From: Adineta vaga
Taxonomy: Eukaryota; Animalia; Rotifera
Assembly: GCA_021613535.1 (NCBI GenBank)
Contig: CP075492.1
Coordinates: forward strand, 2,728,001 to 2,792,000
DNA: 64,000 nt
Reading direction: 5' to 3'
Shown: piece after piece, positions 26,338 to 38,329 of the stretch
Position numbering within the stretch: position 1 is the stretch's first letter
Layout of the letters: every line of letters starts with the position of its first letter
Notes under the pieces: generated by a model
Databases searched by the model: none
Told to the model about the DNA's origin: nothing
What the model saw: only the letters and a program-made list of their open reading frames with translations
Translations under genes and position numbers: made by a program

Positions 26338-27476
26338 TTACTTTGATTTGAAGATATTCCACATGTAACTAATCCATATTGATTGATTATCGGCTTTTTT
26401 TGGAACGATTTGAATGAGATAAGATGATTCTGATTTCAAAAATTCTACTAATGCATTTGCAATTTGATCATTTGCTAAATCTATTTTATGACCACATCGT
26501 TTTGTTTTTATCTCATTGATTGCTGCACCATATGTACAACAATTCCCCCAACAATCTTCGAGATGTGTAATAACAGTATGAAAAGGTGTTGATCGATGTG
26601 TAAGATCAATCATATTGAACATTGTTGGAATACCAATTTCATGAAATGATCTACTCTTATGAAATGCATCTGATAAAACAATAAAATCATCAAAAAATCG
26701 TCGAGGAATAAAATAGATATCAGTCCAACTAAAAATATTAATTAATAAAAACTCGTTAAATATATATATCTTTTTATTCTTATTCTTACCCTCCACACAT
26801 AATATTTTCATCTGTAATAAATCGATTTGGATATTGTTTTGAAAGAGTTTGCTTCGCATTTCGTACACTTCGAAGAGAATCATTAGTCCAATAGATCCAA
26901 TTTGATCCTGCTGTATTTCCACCACAAATATATGAAGATAATTGTCCAGCTAACCAAATACTATTAAAATTCATTCGATCAAATTGAAAAGGATTGATCC
27001 ATGCCTATATATAATGAAGAAAAAGTTATCGAAAATAAAATCTCTCGAATATTTACATCAAAATGAAAATATAAAATTCCTTCGACTAGAGAATGATTTT
27101 TTAAAAGAATTTTCATTGTTTCAGCTACAGGTTTATATGGATCATCACCAGATAACCATCCATCTGCAGTATAATTAATTACTGATGTATAATGTGGCAT
27201 GGAATAATGAAGATCAATAAAGAAAGGTCGATAACTTTCTAACACTCGTATTCGTTCAGGACGTTGTGTATTCATTCGAATAAATGCAAGAGTACGAGAA
27301 AAAGGAGAGCGAAGTTTATGTATATTAGTATTGATTAATTTCGAATGTGATTGAACATTTGTTTTAAATGGTAATATGTTAATGATGAAGATTAAAAGTA
27401 CACTCACAGTTAATACAACGAGAAATTTTCCATTGGAATAATGATGATATATTATTTGTGACAGAGAATTAAACAT
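26338..27476 (-). CDS. Type II membrane protein, STELLO/DUF288-like putative glycosyltransferase; 3 exons
   Basis: N-terminal TM anchor; GILYFHFD; W(T)DIYFIP..F..F...FHEIGIPT resembles the STELLO C-terminal motif; introns at ~26999-27055 and ~26729-26789. Confidence 0.6.
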
Positions 27477-28651
27477 TTTTCAATAGATAATGATTGTTTT
27501 ATTCGTCACATTTTATGTTATTATATTATAGAATAGAATTATATTTTTCAGTGAAACTTACAGCTACAATTTGATTTGTTATGTGTAACAACTCTCATTT
27601 CAATGCGTAAAATATTTTTTTTCTTAGACGCAGAAAAGAAAGGAAAGTAATTAAATGATTTCAAATATATTTCTTTTTTTCTATTATGATATAAATATTT
27701 TCAGGCGTCAAAACGTTTTACGTCTTGTTTTTTCTTCTTCGGCTTGTTAGAATGAACAAATATTCTTTTTTCTCTCTCTATTTTCTCATAGTTATCAATA
27801 GTTGAGAAATGATGATGTTATATTAACAAAAACATTTTTATTTATATTTATTAGCAGAAAGACTGATGACTAATTATAGGATCCTAGCAGTACAAATGGA
27901 TGATGTGAAGAAAGAAAAAGAATATGGTTAATGAAGAATTCGCGAAGACATCTTTCAATCTTGAATTAAGTTATAAACGAATAAAACTTCATTTTTCCAA
28001 TGAGCAACTTATTCGAATACAAATACTAACTGGTGAAACTAATGTAACGATACAAGATGCTCTGACAGCATAGATTATTTTCACATTAAATAAATATTAT
28101 TGTTATAAGAATAATGATGAACGTTGTATTTTACATAGAATTACAGTTGCGTGTTGCATTTCATTTACTGACAAACATGATCATTCATTTTCGATATTAA
28201 ATCACAATCGCTAATATTGATAAAATATCGAATTTTCACATTTCATCATTGCTATTTTAAATCTTATCAACTATACTTATGAAATTACATAATTACATGT
28301 ATCAATCAGTATAATGGCAAAAAATAAACGTTTGAGAGGAAAACTATTGAGCGATAAGTTATTCAATATTATGAATAGAAATATGTTGTAACAACATTTG
28401 CACAGTAATATTTCGTTTTCAATAGAATTGTGTGTTATAGGTGTTCTCTTTTATATTTATCTATGGCTTAAGAATCGGATTGAATGTAAAGAATATTGAT
28501 AAATATTTAAAGACAACACGTAGATACGAAAGAAGTACACGAGTCTCTCAAAAGTTGAGAAATATGCTTTTTTTTAAGTTGGATTCTTTACCTTTAGTAA
28601 TACTTAATATAGATACTGAAAAATCTTTGACACAAAATATATGTCAAAATA

Positions 28652-29497
28652 ATGAAATTCTTCCAACTAATTCTTTCATTATCTTTTATGTTCCATACAG
28701 TTTCGTGTCAATCAAAGCCGAATAATACATACAATGTTCCTTTACTTGATTTTATTGATAATTTTATTAATAAATCTATGTTATGTTTCACATTTCCATG
28801 TTGTCCAATTGCCTTAACATTTGATGATGGTCCTGATGGTGGTGGTGGAGCTACTGACGCTATTATTAATTATTTACATGGCAATAAGATTCCAGGTACA
28901 TTTTTTATCAACACTAAAACTTGGGTTGATGTCACTACTGATCTAATTGCTCAAAAATCAATTAAGAATATTGTTGAGTATGGATTTAATCTTGGAACAC
29001 ATACTATTCATCATAAAGATTTATCTATTCTGTCCGTTGATGATATACATAATGAAATTGTTGGTGTTCAAACAACTCTAGATAAATTTATATCACCTTC
29101 ACCACATCTATCGTTATTTCGTGCACCATACGGTCATCCATACGATGTTGGTAGTCAATTGCAGATGAATAGGGTATCGAAAATTGCAGCAGATGCGGCT
29201 TATTTTCATGTTGCTTGGCAAATTGATTCAGAAGATTATAATTGTGGTAAGAATATTACTTGTGTTACTGAACCAATATTTAAAGCTATTGATAATGGAC
29301 AATGGGGTGTTATATTGATGCATTTTGTCTATCAAAATACCGCTAATGCTTTGCCATTCTTAATTACTGGACTCAAACAAAGAAAATGTACGTTTTTCAC
29401 TATTGAACAATTGATTCATGCTAAATATGGAAAATTTTCTGAAGAAATCATGTACGATTATAATCACCAAAGCAAAAGTCTTTCAATTACATCTTGA
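28652..29497 (+). CDS. Secreted CE4/NodB polysaccharide (chitin/peptidoglycan) deacetylase
   Basis: Signal peptide and all five CE4 motifs: TFDDGP, HTIHH, RAPYG, DSEDY, LMH; intronless. Confidence 0.92.
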   Translation: MKFFQLILSLSFMFHTVSCQSKPNNTYNVPLLDFIDNFINKSMLCFTFPCCPIALTFDDGPDGGGGATDAIINYLHGNKIPGTFFINTKTWVDVTTDLIAQKSIKNIVEYGFNLGTHTIHHKDLSILSVDDIHNEIVGVQTTLDKFISPSPHLSLFRAPYGHPYDVGSQLQMNRVSKIAADAAYFHVAWQIDSEDYNCGKNITCVTEPIFKAIDNGQWGVILMHFVYQNTANALPFLITGLKQRKCTFFTIEQLIHAKYGKFSEEIMYDYNHQSKSLSITS

Positions 29498-29797
29498 AAA
29501 TTTATGATTATTATGTTTATTTCTTATACGTTTTTCCTCTATTTTTCGGAATAAATTACGATAAGATTCACATTCACATTCACTCGATTGTATTGCAAAC
29601 TACGGTTCGCTCGGACGGATGATCATATTGATAGAGTATAAACAGAAGGAAAGTGTGATTATACGATTCAATTAAATACTCTATTTTCTTAAACGAAATG
29701 TTCACACTAGTAGAACTCAAGATTTTATTTATGTATTATGGTTAAATAGATATAGAAAGCGGAGAAAAAGGTTTACTAATATTAACTGTTGAACTTT

Positions 29798-30040
29798 CTA
29801 TTTTTTCCCGATGAAACAACTTATTCCTGATCCTCCTCCATAATTAGCACATCGACTGCAGACACAGACAGGTCGGCCATTTCGTTTTCTACAAGTTCCA
29901 ATGTCACAATTTTGTGAACAACACGCACCAATACATAGTTTTCCTGCCACTTCACTTAAGCCTCGGATGTCCATTCGTACACAAACAGAAGAAAAGATCA
30001 GAAGCACGTTTAGATCGATTCAATAAAGTGGTATTAACTG
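29798..30040 (-). CDS. ASABF-type (CS-alpha-beta) antimicrobial peptide, mature-peptide exon with a +1 frameshift near 29996
   Basis: FSSVCVRMDIRGLSEVAGKLCIGACCSQNCDIGTCRKRNGRPVCVCSRC aligns with the nematode ASABF pattern (DFSSCARMD.GLS.VA.LCI.C..QNC..G.C..R.GRP.CVC.RC). An AG acceptor precedes 30040, followed by VNTTLLNRSKR. Confidence 0.85.
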
Positions 30041-30457
30041 CTATAGGTTACAATTCATCATTTACATAAATAAATTTTATTCTCCGTCTAGTATTTCATT
30101 TTCTTCTTCATTAATTCATACTTTTCAAAAATTATTTTAGTACTTCAAAATCTTCAGTATCAAGTACATCTACTTAGATATTTTACTGGGTACAAGTTCA
30201 TATGAAATTATGAAATGAAAAAGTATTTCTACTTGTATTCCTTCAATCACTGTTCGAATCGTATTACACATATTACTTTACGTATAGAACTGTGTATATA
30301 TTCCTTAGCGATATTTTTATTTTCGATGCAGTATGAATAAATGTGTTATTACACAAAGTCATACGTCATGTTATTGCGCAAGATGGTAGTATAATATAAA
30401 TGAAAAAAGAACAAAAGGCTATGAATTCAACATTATTTAATTTTTATTTTTACAAAG

Positions 30458-31476
30458 ATGATTGAATATCCCAGTACAAATCAATTTCATAATGTGATCG
30501 AATCGATACGAAAGAATCCATATCGATATAAAATTGAACAAGGAAAAATCTATCCGAAACTAAAATTTATTGGTACTGTGAAATTACATGGCACAAATAC
30601 TGCGATTGTTTATCAAAAGAATGCACGATACCATTGTCAATCTCGACATTTGATCATATCATCAGAAATGGATAATCATGGTTTTGCACGTTTTATGTAT
30701 CCATTATCAGAGAAATTTCTTCAAGAACGTATTTTTATGAATTGTCCACTACTTCGAAGACATTACGATCGTGGAAATACAGTTGTAATTTATGGAGAAT
30801 GGTGTGGTGGAAATATTCAGAAAAATGTTGCTCTTTGTGCTGTTCGAAAAATGTTTGTTATTTTTAAGATTCGAATTGGAGATTCGAAACCACCAGTTTG
30901 GATTGATCCAAAACATTGGTCAACTCTGCAATGGCATGAACAATCTATTTACAATATATTTAATTTTCCTACGTATGAAGTAGACATTGATTTCAATCAA
31001 CTTGAACTTGCTCAAAAACAACTTGGAGAGATTACGAATACTGTTGAACAAGAATGTCCAGTTGGAATGTATTTTAATCAGAAAGGCTATATGGAGAAGG
31101 TGTTATTTGGACTGAATGGTTACAATCATTTGGTATTCTTTCATTTAAAGTCAAAGGTGAAATGCATGCAATAACTAAAGGCGGATCATTAGCACCGATT
31201 GCTACAGAAATATTCCATAGTATTCATGAGTTCATCGAATATGCTTGTACAGAAAATCGTATGAATCAATCAATGGATTATCTTCGTGAAATTCAATTAG
31301 AGATTGAAATGCATAATATTGATACATTTTTAGAATGGCTCATAGGTGACATCAAGAAAGAAGAAACAAATACAATTAAGAATTCAAATTTAAATTTAGG
31401 AAAAGTTATTTCTGCCATTACAAAGAAAGCTACTGTTTGGTTTGAACAACAATTATTACGAAATAATGTACAGTAA
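30458..31476 (+). CDS. Rnl2-family (T4 RNA ligase 2-like) RNA ligase, frameshifted at ~31091
   Basis: Motif I VKLHGTN, SR, motif III YGEWCGGNIQK, FVIFKI. Removing 2 nt in tatat gives motif IV GEGVIW and motif V FKVKGE, in frame with ORF 31162-31476. Confidence 0.85.
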
Positions 31477-31595
31477 ATGTGTGTTGTTTTCTGTAGCAAA
31501 ATTGTTCGATTATGTTATTTTAAAAGAAATGCTGCAGTCAGATCTAGTAGTTGAGTGTGAAGATTGGGTTTGATGAATAAATCGAGGGTGTAGGC

Positions 31596-31918
31596 CAGTG
31601 GCGGAGCCAGGGGGGGGCCAGAGGGGGCTCAGCCCCCCCTACGACCTTTCGCGCCCCCCCTAGAAAAATTTTTGCCCCTGGCGCCTAAAATGATTGTGAA
31701 GATCCGGTTTTTCACGAACCCGACTAAGCTCGAAGGGGAGTACAGGGTTTTTTTTTTTTTGCTTTTCACTTTGGGTTTTTCAGGATTTTTTTCTGTACCG
31801 ACACCTGGTTTTTATATGCAACTTAGCCTTGAAACTGGTGAAAAAAAATTTTTTTCAGAGTCGATTTTGAAGTTAGGGGCTGAGCCCCCCCTAGTACAAA
31901 ATCCTGGCTCCGCCACTG
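31596..31918. mobile_element. Non-autonomous hAT-superfamily MITE (323 bp)
   Basis: Perfect 16-bp TIRs cagtggcggagccagg (31596-31611) / cctggctccgccactg (31903-31918); perfect 8-bp TSD gtgtaggc (31588-31595 and 31919-31926); subterminal ggggct(c/g)agcccc palindromes. Confidence 0.95.
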
Positions 31919-32277
31919 GTGTAGGCGAAGATGATAAACTCAAATCCATACCTACCCTCAAAGATGTTAAATTCTTTTGAATAGTTTTTATACGAAGTTC
32001 ATATTTGCTTTTCTCTTATTTAGTTAATTATTGCTTACTTGTGCACTTGGTATTGCTTGTTTAGAAAAAGCATATGAAGGATACGTGACTTCTATACAGA
32101 ATAAAAAATATATTTTTAACTTTTACACCATGATAATGAGGAAAAGAAGATCACACGAATACGCATGGGCGATCTGACATATATTTTTCTTTGTATTTTA
32201 CTAGAAAAAGAAAGTATGACAAGATCAAACCATTTGAGTACTCGTAAAATATAAGTTGACATCACTATTTTGTTAAT

Positions 32278-33249
32278 ATGCCTTCACAGTATGAAATTAG
32301 TGATTCTACAAAATTATTGAAATTGCTCGAAAAATATTTATTTCAATATGGTGGATCAACTATGATAGTTTTAGGTTTTATTGGTTGTGTACTTAGCTGT
32401 ATAGTCTACAATAGAAAGACTCTTCGCAAAAATCCCTGTTCAATTTATATGACAGCATTTCACATTTCAAATTTTATGTATATTATTATACTTATATTAC
32501 CATCTGTATTAACAGTTGGTTATGATATAATATTTATAACAGATAGTTTGGGTCTCTGTCGATTCACTCTGTATATGGCTTTTTCATTAGATATCATAAG
32601 TCCCAGTTGTTTAGTTTTGGCTTCAATCGATCGACTCTTAGTTACTTCACCAAATGCATTGACAAGACGACGAAGTACTTGTCGTCTTGCTTGCATCAGT
32701 GTTATTTGTGTATCATTACTATGGTTATTATTTCATAGTCATGCATTCGTTTTTATGTCTATTATTCAACTTGAACCAAATAATTTCATCTGTTATACAC
32801 AATCCTTAACATATTTTACAGCGATAAGCTGTTATACACTTGGAAAAAGCATAATTATTCCATCACTTTTAGCAAGTTTAGGTCTTTTAACAATTAGACA
32901 GGTTCAAAAAATAGGTCAAACTAGATCTGTTGCTGATGTATCCATATTAGGCACAAGAAGTAACATTGGTATTCAGTCAATTCACTCTAAAGATCGACAA
33001 TTAGTTCGTATTCTGTTAATTGATATTGGAATCTATGTGATATTTACTTATCCATCAGCAGCATTTAACTTATATTTACAAATTACTCAATATAATATGA
33101 AAAGTTTTAATCAACAGAACGCAGACACTTCAATTCAATATCTCTGTTCACTTTGTAGTCATATTTCTTATTGTATTTGCTTATACAGCAATTTAATGGT
33201 CTCAAAAACATTTCGAAAAGAAGTAAAGAATATTTTTTTATGTAAATAG
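32278..33249 (+). CDS. Orphan class A GPCR, intronless
   Basis: 7 TM segments, LRKNPCSIY, LCRF, LASIDRL, VSKTFRKE. Confidence 0.9.
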   Translation: MPSQYEISDSTKLLKLLEKYLFQYGGSTMIVLGFIGCVLSCIVYNRKTLRKNPCSIYMTAFHISNFMYIIILILPSVLTVGYDIIFITDSLGLCRFTLYMAFSLDIISPSCLVLASIDRLLVTSPNALTRRRSTCRLACISVICVSLLWLLFHSHAFVFMSIIQLEPNNFICYTQSLTYFTAISCYTLGKSIIIPSLLASLGLLTIRQVQKIGQTRSVADVSILGTRSNIGIQSIHSKDRQLVRILLIDIGIYVIFTYPSAAFNLYLQITQYNMKSFNQQNADTSIQYLCSLCSHISYCICLYSNLMVSKTFRKEVKNIFLCK

Positions 33250-33422
33250 ATATTCTCCACATAAAAAGAATCATACTGAGAGTTTGGGTATGGATTTCGT
33301 TTATATTCTTATTTATTTTCACACCACATCCTCTTATGATGATGTTTCATCATTAATTAATAAATTTCATAAACATTATTAAATCAATGTTTGATAAAAA
33401 AGTAGAATAGTTTTTGTGTAAA

Positions 33423-34543
33423 TTAAAAGACAATAGTTTTATCAATATGTTGAATATCACCAGTTTGTTGAATTAAAGGTAAAATTTGATAATTAAATGA
33501 TGATTTATTTGATAAATCAATTAATATTATATTTTCTTTTTGTATAAAATACATAATTTGTTTTTCATTTGAAAATGTCCAATCGATAAAATTAATAAAA
33601 TTTGGAATTGATAAAAATAATTTCCATTGATCTTTTTCATTTAATAAACAAATTCCACCTAATGAACAATCACTGATTGGTAATTTTAATTCTTTAGAAT
33701 AAACAACATTTCGTAATAAATTATTTTCAATTTGTTTCATTATCCATTCACCAGTTTTTATATTAATAACTAAAATATGACGTGTTGTATTGATCAAATT
33801 ATATAAAATCTATTCAAAATTATAGATATAGAATTTCAAAGGTCTGTTCAATTAAGATAGTTCATTTGAAAAACAATTCAAGAGGCATATTGGTCTTCTC
33901 CCCCTCTCCTCCTTCCTTTTTTGAGAAAATTCTTACAATTTCATATGTTGGTTCAACTTGATTGAAATTTATATAAGAAAACCCAGTTTGTGGATGTAAA
34001 ACTTGATAAATATTTGTAAATTGTTCACCAAAATTAACAATTTCTATATGCGGAAGAAATGAGAATAGAGAATTCTGATTTAAAAGAAAAGAAACCTCGT
34101 GCTGATTGACCTGTTATTGGATCAAGTAAATATAATGAAAAAGGAGATGAACCACCTTGATTATTTGATTTCGTACCTAATATTAATAAATATTGATGAT
34201 TAAATGAATGAATTGGTTGTGAACAAGATGTTTTCATAGAAATTATTGATGGAGAATACGATAAATCAGTGATATTGATTAAATATCCTTGATTATCACA
34301 ATTATTTGTGATAAAAATAAATAATTTTTGATTTTTTTCAAATGATGCAATTGAACCAAAATTTTGTTGAATATTAATTTGATCCCATTGATTTATTTGA
34401 TTTGATAAAGCGCGATTATTTAATTGATCAATATCAATTTGAAATAATTGACATATTTTATTTGTTGATGAACAATTTATTGAAAATAATCTTTCACTAT
34501 GAATTTCAATCAAAAGAAACGAAATAAATAAATAAAAAAACAT
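33423..34543 (-). CDS. Secreted protein of unknown function (beta-rich); 3 exons
   Basis: Signal peptide MFFYLFISFLLIEIHS; the middle exon EIVNFGEQ...PTYEI joins both ORFs in frame via GT-AG introns. Confidence 0.6.
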
Positions 34544-34621
34544 TTATGAATAGAATCAAAATATTCCTTTGTAATTCTTATTATAGAAGATAAAAAAAGA
34601 ACAAAGAACAATGTCATTTAT

Positions 34622-35683
34622 TTATTTTTCTTTTATCATCTTTTCACTTAAATTCCAAAGTTGTTCTGCAACATTCATATCTGCTGCATGACATGCTCGA
34701 CCAACAAATTCTGTTTTATCATCATTAACAATGTTTGTAATTGCACAATTTTCTAAATATTCTCCATTTGAATGATTTAATTCTGGTGCTAAAGCAGCAT
34801 AAACACTTGTTGCTGCACCTTGTTGAACAGTTTTAAAAAAATCAGCTAATGTTCCATCTTCTTTAAAATAACCCATTGATTTTTGTTCTTCTAATGAAAG
34901 AATATTTTGTAAATTAGTCATAATAGCACCTGGATTTAATGCAAATGCTTGAATACCTTTTGATTTATATAATTTATTCAATTGTAAAGCAAATAAAATA
35001 TTTCCTGTTTTACTTTGACCATAAGCTAACCATTTATCATAATTCTTTTCCCAATTAATATCATCAAATTGAATACCTTGAAATTTATTTAATACAGAAC
35101 TAACCATAATAACACGAGATGGTTTTCCTAGTTCAAGTTCAGATAAAAGTGAAGTAACAAGAAGATAATGAGCAAGATGATTAATACCAAATTGTGATTC
35201 GAAACCATCTTTTGTTTTTGTATATGGAACTGCCATTATACCAGCATTACCTTTTTATTTATAATTAACATAATTGTTGTTTTTATTTTAATATTAATAA
35301 CTTACAAATAAGAATATGAATTGGTAATTGATATGATTGAAATTGTTTAACACATTGTCGAACTGATTCTAATGAATTTAAATCAAGTTCTAATAAATCA
35401 ATTTGATTATTTCCTGTTGAATTTTTAATATCTTCTACAATTTGTTTTCCTCGATTGATATCTCGTGCTGTTAGAAATAAATGAGCATTTGTCATTGCTA
35501 ATGCACGAGCTGTTTCAACACCAATACCTTACAAAAAAACAATGATAAAAGATTTGATTTCATCAAATTAAATTTACCCGATGTGGCTCCAGTTATAAGA
35601 ATTACTTTACCATCAAGATTTATTTTTAAAGATTTCACGATTTCTTCTGCAGTTGTATTTGCACCGAAATTTGTTGATGTCAT
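34622..35683 (-). CDS. Short-chain dehydrogenase/reductase (retinol dehydrogenase/WWOX-like); 3 exons
   Basis: ITGATS|GIG, ELDL, NAG, FGINHLAH, VSS, YGQSK catalytic YxxxK; two ~50-nt introns. Confidence 0.92.
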
Positions 35684-35919
35684 TTCGAAAGATTAAAAAT
35701 GAAAGTGTATATCGCTCTTATCTTTTGTAATACAAAGCTTCTTTTTTTTCTTTCTTTTCTTCTGTATATCCACGTGTTTAATTATATTATGGATATATCG
35801 ATTCTGTTTTTCTCTCTATATCATGAATATCGTTTGAATATATTCAATACTTTTGTTTATATTTATTTGGTTACGAGATAGTTAAAAATTCAATTATTTA
35901 TTTAAATCTTTAAAGTAAT

Positions 35920-36522
35920 TCATTTTTTATTAAGGTTTAAAAGATTTTGTTCTTCTAATTCTTTAAATATATAACCATAAATAATTTCTGGCATTATTTC
36001 ATAATAATATTCATATGCAGTTTTCAAACCTAAAGTAGTTGCAAATGATAAGACACTAAGTCCAGTTATAAATGGAGTCGCAACAGAACTGAGAATTAAA
36101 CCAGCTGGAACGGCAAACAAACAGAATGTCGCTAATTTTTGTTTATTAATTTGTTTCATTTGTGTTGCATTGACCACTAGAAGATCATATTTTTTATTGT
36201 GTTTCTCAGCAAATATAACAGTTGACTTCCGTCGAGTTGTATCTTCATTGTCATTGGAAGTCGATGCAATCAATGTTGATTCACCATCGTTTTTTAATGT
36301 TGTTAATACATTTTCATATAATAATTTTACTTCTGCATCTTTCGCTTTGTTAGCTAATATTTCCAGTTCATTCGGTTGAATACCTTTTAATTTTTTCCAT
36401 TGGATTTCGAATGAAAAACGAATTAAAGCAAATAGATTTTCATTTGATGTCAAATCATTCATATATTTTTCAGCTTCTTCAGGACTCATTATGTCGATGC
36501 GAACTTGTTTATTGGAATTCAT
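35920..36522 (-). CDS. Unknown protein with C-terminal hydrophobic hairpin (paralog A)
   Basis: 200-aa ORF; shares motifs with 37049-37783. Confidence 0.7.
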   Translation of the reverse strand: MNSNKQVRIDIMSPEEAEKYMNDLTSNENLFALIRFSFEIQWKKLKGIQPNELEILANKAKDAEVKLLYENVLTTLKNDGESTLIASTSNDNEDTTRRKSTVIFAEKHNKKYDLLVVNATQMKQINKQKLATFCLFAVPAGLILSSVATPFITGLSVLSFATTLGLKTAYEYYYEIMPEIIYGYIFKELEEQNLLNLNKK

Positions 36523-37048
36523 GTTTCTATTATTAAAAATCTACCTAATAAGACAAAAAGTACATCTATATATTTTTATATACTATAAAAAAAACAGCAA
36601 TGGAAGTTTTCAAAGTTGGAGAAACTCGATCATATGAGTAAATATGTACACTGATTCATTGTATATATGGCGCGTATAAGTTTCCTCTATATATGATACT
36701 TGGTTTTTTCTCACTTACCTGTATTTAAGTATCAGATATCTCTCAACAAAATATGATTATAAATCAAGATGAAAACGAAGTCAAATATAAAATTCATATT
36801 AATAATTCGAAGAATATTTTAACGAGAATACTGTAAGTTAGACTTGTTATAATCAATTTTATTTTCTATCAGAATAAAATAGTGATTGTGCATCGTTTAG
36901 TAATTCAATCGAGATCAGTAGCGTAAGCAATCATCAATTACATCCATAGTTTTCATACTGTATGTTGGGAAAAATGTTGAACGTAATTAATTTAAAAACT
37001 TTTATTTGTTGTTTATTTTCTAGTTGGAAAAAGAGTGTAAAAAACACC

Positions 37049-37783
37049 ATGCAGCAAGATCCAATATGCACAGCTATCAGTTTACAACAAATGCACGATT
37101 ATATGAAGTTAGTGAAAAAAAATAGATTATCTGATTTCATGAAGGAATCATTCACAATGCAAAGTAGAGATCACAAAGGTATTACAAACGAACAATTTGA
37201 AAACATGACAACACGTACAAAAGATCCAACATTGAAAGCGATAATGGAAGAAACACAATTGTTTGGTGATAGTGGAGCTGTTTTAAGTGATAGTCGTGTT
37301 GTTGGAAGTGTATATACTAGATCATTGATCGTTTATCAACAACGTCCCGATGGGAAGTACAATGTTGTCATTGCACATGCTATACAAAAGAAAGATGTTA
37401 ATTACCAAAAATTATTAATTTGTGGCGGTCTTGCAATAGTTGCTGGTTTTCTGACTCGTAGATTGGATGTTACAATTGGTGTTGCCGGTCTCGCTGCAGC
37501 TAAAGCTGCAAGTGATTATGTTGCAAATATGCCTGATGTTATAGCTGGTTACATACTGAAAGAATTGATAGATTGCAATCTTGTTACATTACCAAATCCA
37601 CCAACTTCTTTATCGACAGAAGAGAATCAAAATATCACAGATGATGTACAGCAACAAGGTCCAATCATTACCGAATTTGAAGACTCAACTAATGATGCGG
37701 GAGTTCAAGCCACCAGTCAAGATGAAAATGTTCCAACCATTGATGAACAAGAAATACATGTGATAGGCATTGACTTGGATTGA
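37049..37783 (+). CDS. Unknown protein with hydrophobic hairpin and acidic tail (paralog B)
   Basis: ORF from ATG 37049; shares motifs with 35920-36522. Confidence 0.7.
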   Translation: MQQDPICTAISLQQMHDYMKLVKKNRLSDFMKESFTMQSRDHKGITNEQFENMTTRTKDPTLKAIMEETQLFGDSGAVLSDSRVVGSVYTRSLIVYQQRPDGKYNVVIAHAIQKKDVNYQKLLICGGLAIVAGFLTRRLDVTIGVAGLAAAKAASDYVANMPDVIAGYILKELIDCNLVTLPNPPTSLSTEENQNITDDVQQQGPIITEFEDSTNDAGVQATSQDENVPTIDEQEIHVIGIDLD

Positions 37784-38329
37784 GTTTTCTCAATAGTAAC
37801 TGATGCTTTTCAACGATTATCTTGAGAGTGAATACATATCAACAATCAAAGTCACTCCTGATCTTCGAGTAAAAAATTAGAAATGAAATGCGAATCTTTT
37901 TTTATTTTTCCTTTGATTTGTATTCGATTATTTCTAAAAGTAAAATATGAAGTTATTGATGACAAACGCGGACATCGTTATATTTAAAGAAAATGTCATA
38001 GAAAAATCATTCTGTTATCATTCGACTCAATTTGAGAAAAAGAACAATTATTCTTTGAAATTTTTACCTTTGAATAGAAATCTAGTAATAAAATATGATT
38101 ATCTAAAATGATTGAATATAAGATTGAAATGTTAAATTTGAATTGAAAGATAAATATAATCATAAGAAAAAAATGTCAAGAAGATGTGTATTATAATTTA
38201 TAAAATCATTATTTCATCAGTCAATAATTATTCCGATAATAATCATCGTCATTTAATATAAAACATAGAAGTCATTTGATTATTATAAATCTTTTCTATA
38301 ATTAAGTATTAATGATATTTGTTCGTTAT

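Noticed and set aside
31672-31980. 102-aa ORF as a gene or transposase
   Set aside because: It lies within the MITE, starts at TTG and has no transposase motifs.
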